From NCBI GenBank assembly GCA_000146465.1, contig CP001952.1: 64,000 nucleotides of DNA; one strand, written 5' to 3'. This document shows, piece by piece, positions 18,468-28,636 of this stretch. Position numbers and translations under genes: made by a program. Each line of letters opens with the position of its first letter. The stretch's first letter is position 1. The notes under the pieces were generated by a model that saw only the letters and a program-made list of their open reading frames with translations, did no database searches and was not told the DNA's origin.

Positions 18468-21400
18468 CTACAGTTTATTATAACCATGATTTTCAAGAGA
18501 CTTTAGAAACACACGGCAAAAATCAAAAGAGGAGATCTCATCATAACAAGCTGCAAGGGCCTTTGGTGCACCTGGTGCTTTCATCCTGATCCAGAGAATC
18601 GTCAGGATCTCCTCAAGATGCATTTTTCTTTCTATCATAAACTTGATACTTTCAATCACTGTAGACGAAATGGCATCCATCTCGTTAAGGTTGTCTATTA
18701 GATATACCCAGAGATTCTTTCCTATTCCAAGATCCGTCACCTTTACGGACGTCCTGTTTTGAAGAGCAGTTCGTAATCTGAAAAACGGATTCTGGCCCTC
18801 TACAGGCACAATCCGGTCTCGGAATTGATTGATGAAGTTCTTTACGTGGGGGTATTCCTGGGGACAGCAGTAGGCCAAATATGAGGAATACATCTTGACA
18901 TATCCAGAACTTCTCTTGAAGAACTGCATGATCTGTGTTATAGGATACATGAGCTTTGAGCTGTAAGATCCACACTTTAGGGCTTCCATTGCAAGAATAA
19001 CTCCTTCTTCAGAATCAAAGCATCTCAAGACAAATCTATGTCCTAGGATTTCTAGGAAGCAGGATGTAAATCCCGGAACCTGGGACGGAGATAGAACCTC
19101 TAGCACAGAGTAGACCAAAGACCTGTTTGTGGGCGTGTCCTCCATGATATCCAGCGTCTTGACAATGAATCTTGTGTAAAGCTTGAAAAATAGATAATTC
19201 CTCTTTCTATATGCCTCCAGAAACACAAACAAGCTTTCCTTGATCGACTCATAGAGCTTCTCCTTGATGAGTCCTGGAAGAGGATCTATTTTCAAATAAC
19301 AATATGAAGTAGGGATTCTGTGGTATCTTATAAAGTGGTCCCAAGACACCTTGAATGCAGATCGTATGTCCACAGATCCAGGATAGTTGGCCCTTTCCAT
19401 AAATTCAGGAAGAAACATCTCGGGAACAGTTGTAAACTTGCAGCTACGGACATACTCGTCGTAATCAGATGCCCCCTTTGCTTCGATGTGCATCATTAAA
19501 TTGCTAATCTTCTGGAAAAAATCAAAGACCCGAGGGTTGTCGCCATGTCCTGCAAGCATCTCAAGTGTGCAGATAAAGTCGTAGACCGTACAGATCTGCA
19601 CTTCTGCAGTTATAAGAGATGTCAGGAGCGAGATCACAAAGTCAAGATTCCCATCTGCAAGCGGAGTCTTCGAAAGGGCCTGGTCGTATTCCACAACATT
19701 GATTAGATTGTGCTCTATAAACTTACTCACAAGACTGACACTGAACTTCCGTGGGTCGTTGGAATAAATAAGCCAGCCCAGAACTTCCTTCTGAGTCTTG
19801 AATGATATCTTAAATATCTTCTCCATACATTCAAACAGGAAGTCCTCCTTGCTCCCGCTCTTGATAAGATGTCCTGTGATGTACCTGCACAACCGGATAC
19901 ATTCCTCGTCCTTATCCTCACTGCTCTCCACGCTCTCCAGTATTCTCCTAAATACTTCTTCTCTCCCCTCGTTCAAAAGCCCATGCCATTCGTCGGCTAT
20001 GATGTTCTTCTTCGAATATGGAATCTTCTTGCTTAGTTGTACAAGATGCGCCTTTATCTCCTGATACTCTCCGTTGTCAATTGCCTTGATTACTATCTTT
20101 TCAATGTGTCCAGGATCTTCAAGAAGAGAAAGGTGCATTCCCTTCGGCTCTCCATTGGAATACTCTAGATTGTTGTAGCAAGTACTGATCAACTCACTAA
20201 CCTTCGAAGCCCCCGACTTCTGGATAAGATCGCAGCACACCTCTTGATTCTCCTGGGCTATTTTAAACACTCTTTCGGTGGAAAAGTCTAGAGAGCAAAG
20301 CTTCATGAAGTATGAGACGTTTCCAGAAATGCATGCCCTGATCGGCTCCTGTGCAGAAACTAGACATAGGAACTTCGTAAGATTCACTACCATATTTCTA
20401 AACAGGATATATTCCATCCCCTTCTCAACCGCCATCGTCCTGAAAAGTTCCATTCCCGTTTGGATTGCAACAGAACATGCCTTCTCCACAATTGGCCCAC
20501 ATATTTCACGAACACTTAGATCCAGGGCAAGTGATATCACATGTCTAACCACAAGGTCTCTATCCTCAATAACATACTCTGCCAGATACTTCTTAGACTT
20601 CAGCCCTAAGTTCTTGAACTCTCTGGGGACAAGGTCAACAGAAAAGTGGTTGAACAACCCTTGGATCTCATCCCTTACAGGCTTTGGAGTACAGCTATAT
20701 ATCTCCGACAGAAGATTCAAGATGCTCATCATCCACGGGTTATTTGGAATAAATATGATTCCACTCTTTCCCTGCTTTAGAAAGCTCGTTATGAAGCTCA
20801 CTCCAAACCGAATCCTCCTGCACTCCACAGACTTCACAACAAACTTCTTGAAGTCAAACTGCTCAGAAGTTACAATTCGGTTCTTGGCAAGCATCACTCC
20901 TCCAAGGACATATCCCAAGCCCTTGGCAATTCCTATCTCATTTTCACTCCGGTAGTCCAAGAACATTTTAAGAAACTCAAAAGACCTTCGAACAAACCGC
21001 AAATAGAACTCCTTTCCCAACCCTTCTACAATAGCTACAAGCCTTCTTCCATTCTCCACCTCAATGTTCTGAATAATGTACAGTACCACCTCTTCCCTAT
21101 CTAGAATCCCTTTTTCAAGAAATTCTCCAAGCCTTTCAATTCCTCCTTCAGCCTCAATCTCAAGAGACTTGATCATCTCCTCAGTCCTTTCGTTCTTGGA
21201 GCCACACTTAAATATTAATTTCACTATATCCTCTTCATCAAGCAATGGATGGGAGGTGGAATCTACTAGAATCAGCTCTTTCTTGACAAGGATGCTATTA
21301 ACACTTTCTATTTCTTCTATCTCTGCAAGAATGGTTGGGCACGATGGGAGGAATACCTCGAGGCATCGGAATCCAAACGAGTACTCTCTGTCATTCTCGG

Positions 21401-22850
21401 GATATTTCAAGGATCCCTTTATATATTCAATAGCCATTCTGCGGTATGGCTTTGGAAACACTCCTTCCTTGATCAACCCTCCATACAGCAGTGCAATAAG
21501 GTCTGAGTTTGGGAGCTTGTAAAGAGATCCATAGTTCTCAAGTAGTGCCGAAAATATCCGAGATGCCAGCACCTTGCTCAATGCATTCCCTTTTAGAAAC
21601 TCCTTGATTTGATTAATGCTGCTTTCGATTCCTCTCTGCGAATTGATTATCTGCGAAATGAAATTGCTTGCTTCCTCCTCAATTCTGACCTCCTTGCTCC
21701 TTTGTGTACGGAGTCCATGGGGAATTCTAGATTTGAATTCATTATACATCCCAACAGTCTCAGGCTTCAGTATCCTTACATACTGCTCTACAGCCTTTGT
21801 AAAAACCCCCATAATCTCAACATTCAGAGGAAACATCTTCTCGGGCTCATTGGATTTCGAAATCTTAGAATCCAAATACAGCACTAATGACCTGACAAAT
21901 TCATCCTTTCGTGTCGTCAGGTTGTTTGACAGCCATATCCCAAGGTTCAAGTGGTCCCTGATCGAACTCAGCACAATAATGTCGAAACAGAGCTCCGGCG
22001 GATTCAGGAGTTCGGAAACAAGAGGAAGCATCTTGTGCTCTAGGAACATGTCAAGAATTCGAGACACAGGTATCCCCTCTCGGATAAGAACCAACGACTT
22101 CTGGAGCATCATCTCGGGATGGTTCTTAAATAATACATGCAAAATAAAGCTGTTTGGTGCTCCACGGGCAAAGCCGCTTAGAAGATCCTCGAAAATCCGT
22201 CCAAACTTCGGCTGTACAAAGCCAAGTCCTGCTGCACACCACTCAGGAGACTTCCGGGCAATCAGCTCAACTAATGGAATGGACCCAAGCATCCCAATGC
22301 ATTGGAAAAGTTCCACACAGTTGAAGTTGCTTTCATATCCCATCACATTCTTGAACCGATGGCTTCGTGAATCTTCAATACTGATGATCCTGCTGAAAAA
22401 TACATTTGAATACAGCTGGGTCCTCTTCTCGTCGCTCTCAATAATCAGCCTCAGAAAGTACATCTGTGCTCGTTCATTTTTCCATCTCTTGAAAAATATC
22501 TCATATGGAACAGTGATGATTCCACTGATGTGAACCCAGCAATCGACAATCACATACAGAGACTCTAGAGTCCATATGCTGAAGTTCACGTCCAGAAAAC
22601 ATGAATACACATCTCTCCAGTTGATCTCCTCAAGATTGCTTTTCATCGACCCAACGATCGCAGGGAGATTCCATTCCCTATCTGGAAAGTCTGCCATAAA
22701 TAGAATTGCTCTTGCCACCTCTTGCGGCGTAACCTCACGTCTTCTCTTTATCTTCTCTAGCACATCGTCCATAAAACCCCGGTCCACCTCCTTTGGATCA
22801 CTCTTCTCAAGTATATCTTTTATCTCATGCTTGTATCCTTTCTCGTCCAT
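18468..22850 (-). CDS. NOT1: CCR4-NOT complex scaffold subunit Not1 (CNOT1), shortened to 1460 aa
   Basis: Central segment IGIAKGLGYVLGGVMLAKNRIVTSEQFDFKKFVVKSV...FIPNNPWMMSILNLLSEIY aligns with the CNOT1 MIF4G domain [34 protein letters not shown]...FRPPNPWTMAIMNVLAELH. Remainder is alpha-helical repeat. The C-terminus is divergent. Confidence 0.65.
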   Translation of the reverse strand: MDEKGYKHEIKDILEKSDPKEVDRGFMDDVLEKIKRRREVTPQEVARAILFMADFPDREWNLPAIVGSMKSNLEEINWRDVYSCFLDVNFSIWTLESLYVIVDCWVHISGIITVPYEIFFKRWKNERAQMYFLRLIIESDEKRTQLYSNVFFSRIISIEDSRSHRFKNVMGYESNFNCVELFQCIGMLGSIPLVELIARKSPEWCAAGLGFVQPKFGRIFEDLLSGFARGAPNSFILHVLFKNHPEMMLQKSLVLIREGIPVSRILDMFLEHKMLPLVSELLNPPELCFDIIVLSSIRDHLNLGIWLSNNLTTRKDEFVRSLVLYLDSKISKSNEPEKMFPLNVEIMGVFTKAVEQYVRILKPETVGMYNEFKSRIPHGLRTQRSKEVRIEEEASNFISQIINSQRGIESSINQIKEFLKGNALSKVLASRIFSALLENYGSLYKLPNSDLIALLYGGLIKEGVFPKPYRRMAIEYIKGSLKYPENDREYSFGFRCLEVFLPSCPTILAEIEEIESVNSILVKKELILVDSTSHPLLDEEDIVKLIFKCGSKNERTEEMIKSLEIEAEGGIERLGEFLEKGILDREEVVLYIIQNIEVENGRRLVAIVEGLGKEFYLRFVRRSFEFLKMFLDYRSENEIGIAKGLGYVLGGVMLAKNRIVTSEQFDFKKFVVKSVECRRIRFGVSFITSFLKQGKSGIIFIPNNPWMMSILNLLSEIYSCTPKPVRDEIQGLFNHFSVDLVPREFKNLGLKSKKYLAEYVIEDRDLVVRHVISLALDLSVREICGPIVEKACSVAIQTGMELFRTMAVEKGMEYILFRNMVVNLTKFLCLVSAQEPIRACISGNVSYFMKLCSLDFSTERVFKIAQENQEVCCDLIQKSGASKVSELISTCYNNLEYSNGEPKGMHLSLLEDPGHIEKIVIKAIDNGEYQEIKAHLVQLSKKIPYSKKNIIADEWHGLLNEGREEVFRRILESVESSEDKDEECIRLCRYITGHLIKSGSKEDFLFECMEKIFKISFKTQKEVLGWLIYSNDPRKFSVSLVSKFIEHNLINVVEYDQALSKTPLADGNLDFVISLLTSLITAEVQICTVYDFICTLEMLAGHGDNPRVFDFFQKISNLMMHIEAKGASDYDEYVRSCKFTTVPEMFLPEFMERANYPGSVDIRSAFKVSWDHFIRYHRIPTSYCYLKIDPLPGLIKEKLYESIKESLFVFLEAYRKRNYLFFKLYTRFIVKTLDIMEDTPTNRSLVYSVLEVLSPSQVPGFTSCFLEILGHRFVLRCFDSEEGVILAMEALKCGSYSSKLMYPITQIMQFFKRSSGYVKMYSSYLAYCCPQEYPHVKNFINQFRDRIVPVEGQNPFFRLRTALQNRTSVKVTDLGIGKNLWVYLIDNLNEMDAISSTVIESIKFMIERKMHLEEILTILWIRMKAPGAPKALAACYDEISSFDFCRVFLKSLENHGYNKL

Positions 22851-23039
22851 CTACAGTGATCCCTTTATTTTCAAGGTGTAAAATTTGTCTTTTTATTCGC
22901 CGCCCAAATCAAACAACATACAGGAACAAAGAGGCTATTGTTTACATCTTTTCCCCTAACCAAAACTTACAAATCCAAGTGGATCCCAAGGCGGGACACA
23001 AGAAATACATAAAACTCTTGAAATAATCACGTTTTAATC

Positions 23040-23654
23040 TCAGCGGTACTTCTGAAGAACCAACGTATTTCTTCTTCTCCAGCAGGATCGGATGGACCCT
23101 CCCTTCGACTTGTTGAATCGGATTCCCTTTCCAAGTCCTCTGCTCTTCCGAGACGCAGACGTAAGGCCCCTGCACTCTCTGTGCTTCATCGTGTTCTTGC
23201 ATATCCAGTTTATCTTAATGTCATTTCTTATGGCCTGGTGATGTCGGTCGACCATTATCACCTCATAGTACTTGTAGGCTGCATCCTGCCCCACCCAGTA
23301 GGAGTTCAGCACCCCAAGGTTCGAGCACTTCTTCCCTGCTACCATCTCTGCTGTCGCCTGCTTCCGAAGCGATGGCTTGATCTGGTTGATTCCTGCATTC
23401 ACGCATTTTCCTCGTGTGTTACCGTTATGGTAATTCCTCTTCATATTCCCTTTCTTCACCCGTGCAATGTACAGCACATATCCTTGCTTTGCTTTGTATC
23501 CAAGGGTTCTGGCCCTTTCCAAAAATGTCGGCTTCTCAACCCGGAAGCACTCTCCTCTCTGCCTATACTCACACACTCGAATCCTTAGCAGATATCTCAT
23601 CACGTCAGACTGCTTGCGCCTGTGGATCTCCCTGAGGTAGTTGATAGCTCCCAT
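23040..23654 (-). CDS. RPL15: 60S ribosomal protein L15e
   Basis: [32 protein letters not shown]...[19 protein letters not shown]...[20 protein letters not shown]...[15 protein letters not shown]...[13 protein letters not shown]: full-length L15e. aaccccagaATG upstream. Confidence 0.95.
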   Translation of the reverse strand: MGAINYLREIHRRKQSDVMRYLLRIRVCEYRQRGECFRVEKPTFLERARTLGYKAKQGYVLYIARVKKGNMKRNYHNGNTRGKCVNAGINQIKPSLRKQATAEMVAGKKCSNLGVLNSYWVGQDAAYKYYEVIMVDRHHQAIRNDIKINWICKNTMKHRECRGLTSASRKSRGLGKGIRFNKSKGGSIRSCWRRRNTLVLQKYR

Positions 23655-23755
23655 TCTGGGGTTGCAAATTTTTCATTATTTCCATTTACATAAGAATCCC
23701 ATCGCCTGCTTCCCACCAACCTCGGAGATATATTCTTTCCCTTACCAAAAAACCC

Positions 23756-24334
23756 TCATTGCCTCTTTCCCCCGTCTCGGTATCCTTGCCTCCTTCCCTC
23801 TCCCCGCTCTTCATATCTTCCTTGGCTTCTCTCCTCTCTATCTCCTCGCCGTCTTCCTCCATCCTTCCTCCCGTTCCATCCTTCCCATCGTCCTTCTCCA
23901 GTTCCTCTCCTTCCTCCTTCTCGCTCTCCTCTGCTACCTCGTCTTCCTCTTCCTCCATCCCCTTCTCCTTCCTTCTTAATCTCACTGAACCCTCTTCTCA
24001 CTCCTCCATACTTCTCATCCGTCCATTCTGTTCCTCCCCGTGCAAACTCACTTTTCCTTCTCTGCATATTACAGTATTCCCTCCAAGTCGTCTCATTGAA
24101 CCCATAATTGAAGTAGTCCGTGATATCTGCCCCAGGTTTATTCCAAGGCTTATCTGTAAAGCTTTCTATGTCGTAGTCCAAGATGTTTTGCCCCTCGGCC
24201 TCTTCCTTCTGTTCTTCCTTTCCAGAAGCCTTGTCCACAATCAGCTCCAAGTCAGACGATGTATTCTCGTCTTCCTGGTCCCCAACAAAGAACTCTTCAT
24301 CGTTCTGCATCCAAAGGGCTCCGAAAACATTCAT
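23756..24334 (-). CDS. FIP1: Pre-mRNA polyadenylation factor Fip1 with RG-rich C-terminal tail
   Basis: [41 protein letters not shown] is the Fip1 motif. C-terminal [18 protein letters not shown]... The track ORF extends to 24499, but the upstream part is antisense of the RPB9 start; ATG at 24334 ([16 protein letters not shown]). Confidence 0.7.
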   Translation of the reverse strand: MNVFGALWMQNDEEFFVGDQEDENTSSDLELIVDKASGKEEQKEEAEGQNILDYDIESFTDKPWNKPGADITDYFNYGFNETTWREYCNMQRRKSEFARGGTEWTDEKYGGVRRGFSEIKKEGEGDGGRGRRGSRGEREGGRRGTGEGRWEGWNGRKDGGRRRGDREERSQGRYEERGEGRRQGYRDGGKRQ

Positions 24335-24406
24335 TTGAGCTACCCTCCAGATCAATCCTTCAACCGCAGATCCAAACTCTTTATCCACATCTTCCTCACA
24401 ACCCCA

Positions 24407-24733
24407 ATGAGCGATCGCTTCTGCAAAGAGTGCAACAACCTTCTCTATCCAAAGGAAGACGACAACACTCTGTTTCTTGCATGTAAGAACTGTGAACACG
24501 TCCAGGAGGCAAAATCACATCGCCTTTATGTGAGAAGCTTTAGGCCTAAGTATGCTTCAATAGAGCTGTACGCAAGGGATCTTGCTCAGGACCCAACACT
24601 TCCTTCCGTGAAAATCAACTGTAGAAGTTGTGGATTCAACAGAGGGCTGTACTTCCAGACAAGAGGCAGCGAAGACGACGTTGCATTGAATATTTATTAT
24701 CTGTGCTGTAGATGCCACCATTTATGGTCATGA
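24407..24733 (+). CDS. RPB9: RNA polymerase II subunit Rpb9 (two zinc ribbons)
   Basis: [32 protein letters not shown]...[16 protein letters not shown]...[26 protein letters not shown] matches Rpb9 FCRDCNNMLYPRED...FECRTCSYV...DPTLPR...C..C...FFQSQ. Only the last 108 aa of track ORF 23759..24733 are coding. caaccccaATG upstream. Confidence 0.8.
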   Translation: MSDRFCKECNNLLYPKEDDNTLFLACKNCEHVQEAKSHRLYVRSFRPKYASIELYARDLAQDPTLPSVKINCRSCGFNRGLYFQTRGSEDDVALNIYYLCCRCHHLWS

Positions 24734-24757
24734 TGCTTCTCTGTTAAAAGTACTCCA

Positions 24758-25573
24758 TCACAATAAATCTTTATGCTCTTCTCCTTCGCTGTCCGAACAT
24801 AAATCTAGATATCTATTCTTTGGCCCCGATACATCTCTTTCATCAGCTTTTTTCTCAACATACACGCCATCTGAGAGATATATTTTTTTCATCTCTTTTC
24901 TTCTTGCTTCTATATCCATATCTTCTTCAGGCCTCTCCATAAACGGATTGTATCTTCTAGCCTTCTGTTTTTGAGGCCGATAAGATTCCTGCGAATCCCC
25001 TTTCTTGAGGCCTGAACATAGACGGCACTCATCTCCGCAAATATCATTGTTTTGCCTCAATACCTCCATCAAGTAGGCTCCCTCCTTGCCTTCGCACATA
25101 TCTTCGATACTAGCCCTGTGTATCACTAGCTCTTCGCATACAGGCCTCATGTACAAGGGGGAATTAGACAAGGTCTTTAGAAAGTGCACTTCGTTAATGT
25201 CTGCCGGATCTCCGTATGTGTCGCATTCTCCTCCGCAATATGTAAACTTCTCTATTCGCAGAAAAAACTTCTTGCTTTCAAAGCTATATTCGTAATGAAA
25301 CCTGTCAACTGTGATGTAGCATCCCTGGATATCTTCAATTCCACAAGCTATCTCTCTTCGGAACATCTCTATCGATTCCTTTGCCAGGACTCCACCGATA
25401 AAATGCCTGGAGTCCGACACACACACCTCAAACGACCCGTCCTTAAGTTCCCGCCCAATCCTTGTCAACTGTCCATGGAACGACATTTGTTGCTCTTCCT
25501 TCCAATGCTCGGTGTTGTAAACCTGTTTGTAAATAGTTTTTTCGATCCAGAAGTCCCTGAGAAACAAAAGCAT
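24758..25573 (-). CDS. Cys-rich hypothetical protein (271 aa) with acidic C-terminus
   Basis: Long ATG ORF, hydrophilic, with CK2-like SDSEGEE acidic tail. No family recognised. Confidence 0.4.
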   Translation of the reverse strand: MLLFLRDFWIEKTIYKQVYNTEHWKEEQQMSFHGQLTRIGRELKDGSFEVCVSDSRHFIGGVLAKESIEMFRREIACGIEDIQGCYITVDRFHYEYSFESKKFFLRIEKFTYCGGECDTYGDPADINEVHFLKTLSNSPLYMRPVCEELVIHRASIEDMCEGKEGAYLMEVLRQNNDICGDECRLCSGLKKGDSQESYRPQKQKARRYNPFMERPEEDMDIEARRKEMKKIYLSDGVYVEKKADERDVSGPKNRYLDLCSDSEGEEHKDLL

Positions 25574-25646
25574 CCCTAGGATATCTTTTAATTATCCCAA
25601 TTACTCGGAATGCACTAAAAACATTTTCATAAACAATTTATTCGAG

Positions 25647-28184
25647 TCATTGGGGCCTTACAGAATAGACATAGTCGGAAATTCGGACTCCTTCCCCCTC
25701 CTCGGAGACATGGCTGCATCTTACCCTGATGGGGTCCTCGGTCTCCCTCATCAGAAGAATCTTTGTTAATGCATGCACAAAGTTCGACTGAATAAATCGT
25801 TTCAACAGCCGAGCCCCGTATGTCGAGGAATATGCCTTTTCAATCACATCGTCCTTCACTCTATCCGAGATCTCAAACGATATCCCCTTCTCGTCCAGCT
25901 TCTTCCTCAGCTGACCCATCTGATACTCAAGAATCTTGTACATGCTTTCTCTATCAAGATTATTGAAGTATATCACATTGTCAATGCGATTGACAAGAGG
26001 TGGCCCAAACCGGTTCAGCACCAATCTTTCAATTTCTTTTCTGTCTTCATCTCTAAGCTCTGGAGACCTCATCATTATTTCTTGGCCTAGGTTGGAGGTC
26101 ATAATCAGTACACAGTTCCTGAAGTCCACAACCGTCCCTTTTCCATCCGTAACACGTCCCTCGTCCAAGAGCTGGTATAGCACATTCAGAACTGTTTGGT
26201 GTGCCAAGTCCACCTCGTCCAATAAAATCACGTTGTAGGGCTTGTTCTTGATGGGCTCTGTGAGAGCTCCTCCTTCATTGTATCCTACATATCCTGCAGA
26301 TGCTCCAATTAGCTTGGTTATACTCATTTCATTTCCATAGTCGCTCATATCAAGCACAAGCATGTTCTTCTCGTCGTCAAACAACTCCATTGCAACTGCC
26401 TTGGCAAGCTCTGTCTTTCCAACCCCTGTAGGCCCAAGAAGAAGGAAAGCTCCAATCGGCTTATCCTCTCTGCTCAGTCCCACTCTGGATTGCAAGATAG
26501 AATCTACAATCGAATCCACTGCATGCCCCTGCCCAAATATCCGTCTCTTTATTCGAGAGCTCATCTCCATAAGCCTCTCATTCTCTTTAATGGTTAACCT
26601 CTTCACAGGAATTCCTGTCCATCTGCTTATGACCTCGGCAATGTTCACAGGAAGAATTACTTCTACACTCTCGAGTCTCTTGAGCTCACTCTCAATCACA
26701 GGAATCACATTCATCTTAAGGTCATATGCAACATATGTGTCTCTCTCAGCTTGGGCTAACCTCAGCTTAGTATCCTCCAACCTCTTCTTTAGCTTCTTGG
26801 CCTCGATCACATGTCTTTTCTCCTTCAGATATGCCTCTTCCATCGGCTCTATACTTCTCTTTACCTCTTCTATCTTTTCAACCACGTTCTCCAGCCTCTT
26901 CATTGTATGCTCGTCCTTTTCCCTTGCAAGATCAATTTCTAAGCTTGCCTTTTCAAGCTCCAAAGACCATGCCTTCGACCTTGCATTCAGAATCTCTTGC
27001 GGCTCGCTTTCTAGTGCTATCACTGCACTGGCACATGCCGTGTCCACCAAGTCAATTGCTACATCGGGAAGTCTTCTGTTCGAAATGTATTTCTTCGATG
27101 AGTTTGCTGCATACACAAGAGCATTGTCAGCTATCTTAACTCCATGATATGCCTCCAATCTTTCTCTAAGCCCCCGCAGCATCGTAATCGAGTCCTCGAT
27201 CGATGGCTCATTCACAACAACCTGCACAAATCTTCTCTCAAATGCAGGATCCTTTTCAACATACTTTCTGTACTCATCATGTGTTGTTGCCCCAATGCAT
27301 TTGATCGTCCCGGCTGCAAGCCCAGGCTTGAGCATGTTTGCTGCATCCATTGCCCCATCAGTCTTCCCGGCTCCCAACACAATGTGGATCTCGTCAATAA
27401 ACAGAATCACCCCTGGCGTTGTTTCAGCCTCCTTGACTAGACTCTTCAATCTCTCCTCAAAATCTCCTCTGTGTGCTGTTCCTGCAACCATCGACCCAAC
27501 ATCCACATTGTAGATCCTTGCATTCTGGAGAGTGGGTGCCTCGCCGTTCGCTATCAGCTGTGCGATCCCATTCACTATGGCTGTCTTTCCAACCCCCGGC
27601 TTTCCAACCAGTATTGCATTGCTCTTTGTCTTTTTCGACAGGATCTCAATGACCTGTCTTATCTCCTCATCTCTTCCAATCACAGGATCAAAAACATTCT
27701 GCCGTGCTTGCTCAACCATATCAACAGCAAATTTCGACATTGCATTTGTCGCATCGTCGGAATTTCGGGAATCAAATCTTTTGTTCTTCGTCTGCTCCTC
27801 AACTCTCTTCTTTATGTCTTCGGAATTGATGAGCAGCTCCTTGATACTTTTGACTGAAAGAAGCTGAAGCACCAATGCATTTACAGAGACATATCCATCT
27901 CCCCCCTTCTCGGCTGCCGCTAGAACCCTTGCAAGTGCTTCCCCAACCCGTGGCTCCGTACAGTTGTACTGCTTTGCAAAGCCTCCTATCTTTTTTATAA
28001 GTGCATTTTTAATGTCGTTCCTCTCAGTAGGGTTCAACACACTGTACAACACAGATGTCTGATCGTTCAGTATTACCTTCAGGAGATGCTCGGGCTCAAC
28101 AACATTGTTGCTATTTGCAATTGCCTCCTCCAGACACCCCCTTAAAGCGTTCTGTGCTCGCTCCGTATACCTCTTTGCATTCAT
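25647..28184 (-). CDS. HSP104: Hsp104/ClpB-type AAA+ disaggregase
   Basis: ClpB N-domain, then two AAA modules ILVGKPGVGKTAIV and FLLLGPTGVGKTELAK with a coiled-coil middle domain. 845 aa, no presequence. Confidence 0.9.
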   Translation of the reverse strand: MNAKRYTERAQNALRGCLEEAIANSNNVVEPEHLLKVILNDQTSVLYSVLNPTERNDIKNALIKKIGGFAKQYNCTEPRVGEALARVLAAAEKGGDGYVSVNALVLQLLSVKSIKELLINSEDIKKRVEEQTKNKRFDSRNSDDATNAMSKFAVDMVEQARQNVFDPVIGRDEEIRQVIEILSKKTKSNAILVGKPGVGKTAIVNGIAQLIANGEAPTLQNARIYNVDVGSMVAGTAHRGDFEERLKSLVKEAETTPGVILFIDEIHIVLGAGKTDGAMDAANMLKPGLAAGTIKCIGATTHDEYRKYVEKDPAFERRFVQVVVNEPSIEDSITMLRGLRERLEAYHGVKIADNALVYAANSSKKYISNRRLPDVAIDLVDTACASAVIALESEPQEILNARSKAWSLELEKASLEIDLAREKDEHTMKRLENVVEKIEEVKRSIEPMEEAYLKEKRHVIEAKKLKKRLEDTKLRLAQAERDTYVAYDLKMNVIPVIESELKRLESVEVILPVNIAEVISRWTGIPVKRLTIKENERLMEMSSRIKRRIFGQGHAVDSIVDSILQSRVGLSREDKPIGAFLLLGPTGVGKTELAKAVAMELFDDEKNMLVLDMSDYGNEMSITKLIGASAGYVGYNEGGALTEPIKNKPYNVILLDEVDLAHQTVLNVLYQLLDEGRVTDGKGTVVDFRNCVLIMTSNLGQEIMMRSPELRDEDRKEIERLVLNRFGPPLVNRIDNVIYFNNLDRESMYKILEYQMGQLRKKLDEKGISFEISDRVKDDVIEKAYSSTYGARLLKRFIQSNFVHALTKILLMRETEDPIRVRCSHVSEEGEGVRISDYVYSVRPQ

Positions 28185-28342
28185 ACTTCAAATCTCCTTC
28201 GTCCTTAAATACTTTTAGATGTCCAAAGTCATGAGGTTTTTCCCTCACTTTTCTGGAAAATTCTTGGTGGGTAGCTTCCAGTTCCAAAACTACAGGGTAA
28301 AGAAAAGAGAGTATCTACAACTCCAAGACTTTATTTTCTCAT

Positions 28343-28636
28343 TTACTGCTTCCTTAAGAGAGTAGGTGTCATAAATCCCATCATACACCCCAGAATGGAC
28401 AGAAGCACACGGTCCTGATTCTGGGACCTAGTGGCCATAGCCATAAACATAGGGATGAAGCTGTATATGAACAACGAGGGTATTGAGAAGATAGAGAGAA
28501 CAACCATTACCAGGGCCAAGGATGTATAGGCCACAAGAGGTGTTTCGTCCACATATTTCTCATAGTCCTCCTTCCGTATTTTACAACAGGAATCACTCAT
28601 TCTAGGGTAATAAATCTCTTGCCCCAAATTCTGCAT
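28343..28636 (-). CDS. Small hydrophobic membrane protein (97 aa, 2-3 TM), hypothetical
   Basis: TPLVAYTSLALVMVVLSIFSIPSLFIYSFIPMFMAMATRS...LLSILGCMMGFMTPTLL. Lies in a 450-nt gap between HSP104 and DPH5. Its ATG shares a CATG tetranucleotide with the DPH5 ATG. Confidence 0.25.
   Translation of the reverse strand: MQNLGQEIYYPRMSDSCCKIRKEDYEKYVDETPLVAYTSLALVMVVLSIFSIPSLFIYSFIPMFMAMATRSQNQDRVLLSILGCMMGFMTPTLLRKQ

Noticed and set aside
19798-22533. Several 80-300 aa plus-strand ORFs (20278..20955, 21076..21522, 21616..22533 and others).
   Set aside because: All lie antisense within the NOT1 CDS. Their compositions (Ser/Leu/Ile-rich, frequent Cys/Trp) are typical of antisense frames.
23759-24406. 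N-terminal two-thirds of plus-strand ORF 23759..24733 (Ser/Pro/Leu-rich).
   Set aside because: Antisense of the Fip1 gene. Only the last 108 codons (RPB9) are homologous to anything and they begin with their own ATG.
25773-27867. Plus-strand ORFs inside HSP104 (26362..27147, 27471..27857, etc.).
   Set aside because: Antisense to a strongly conserved ClpB coding sequence; low-complexity Ser/Leu composition.
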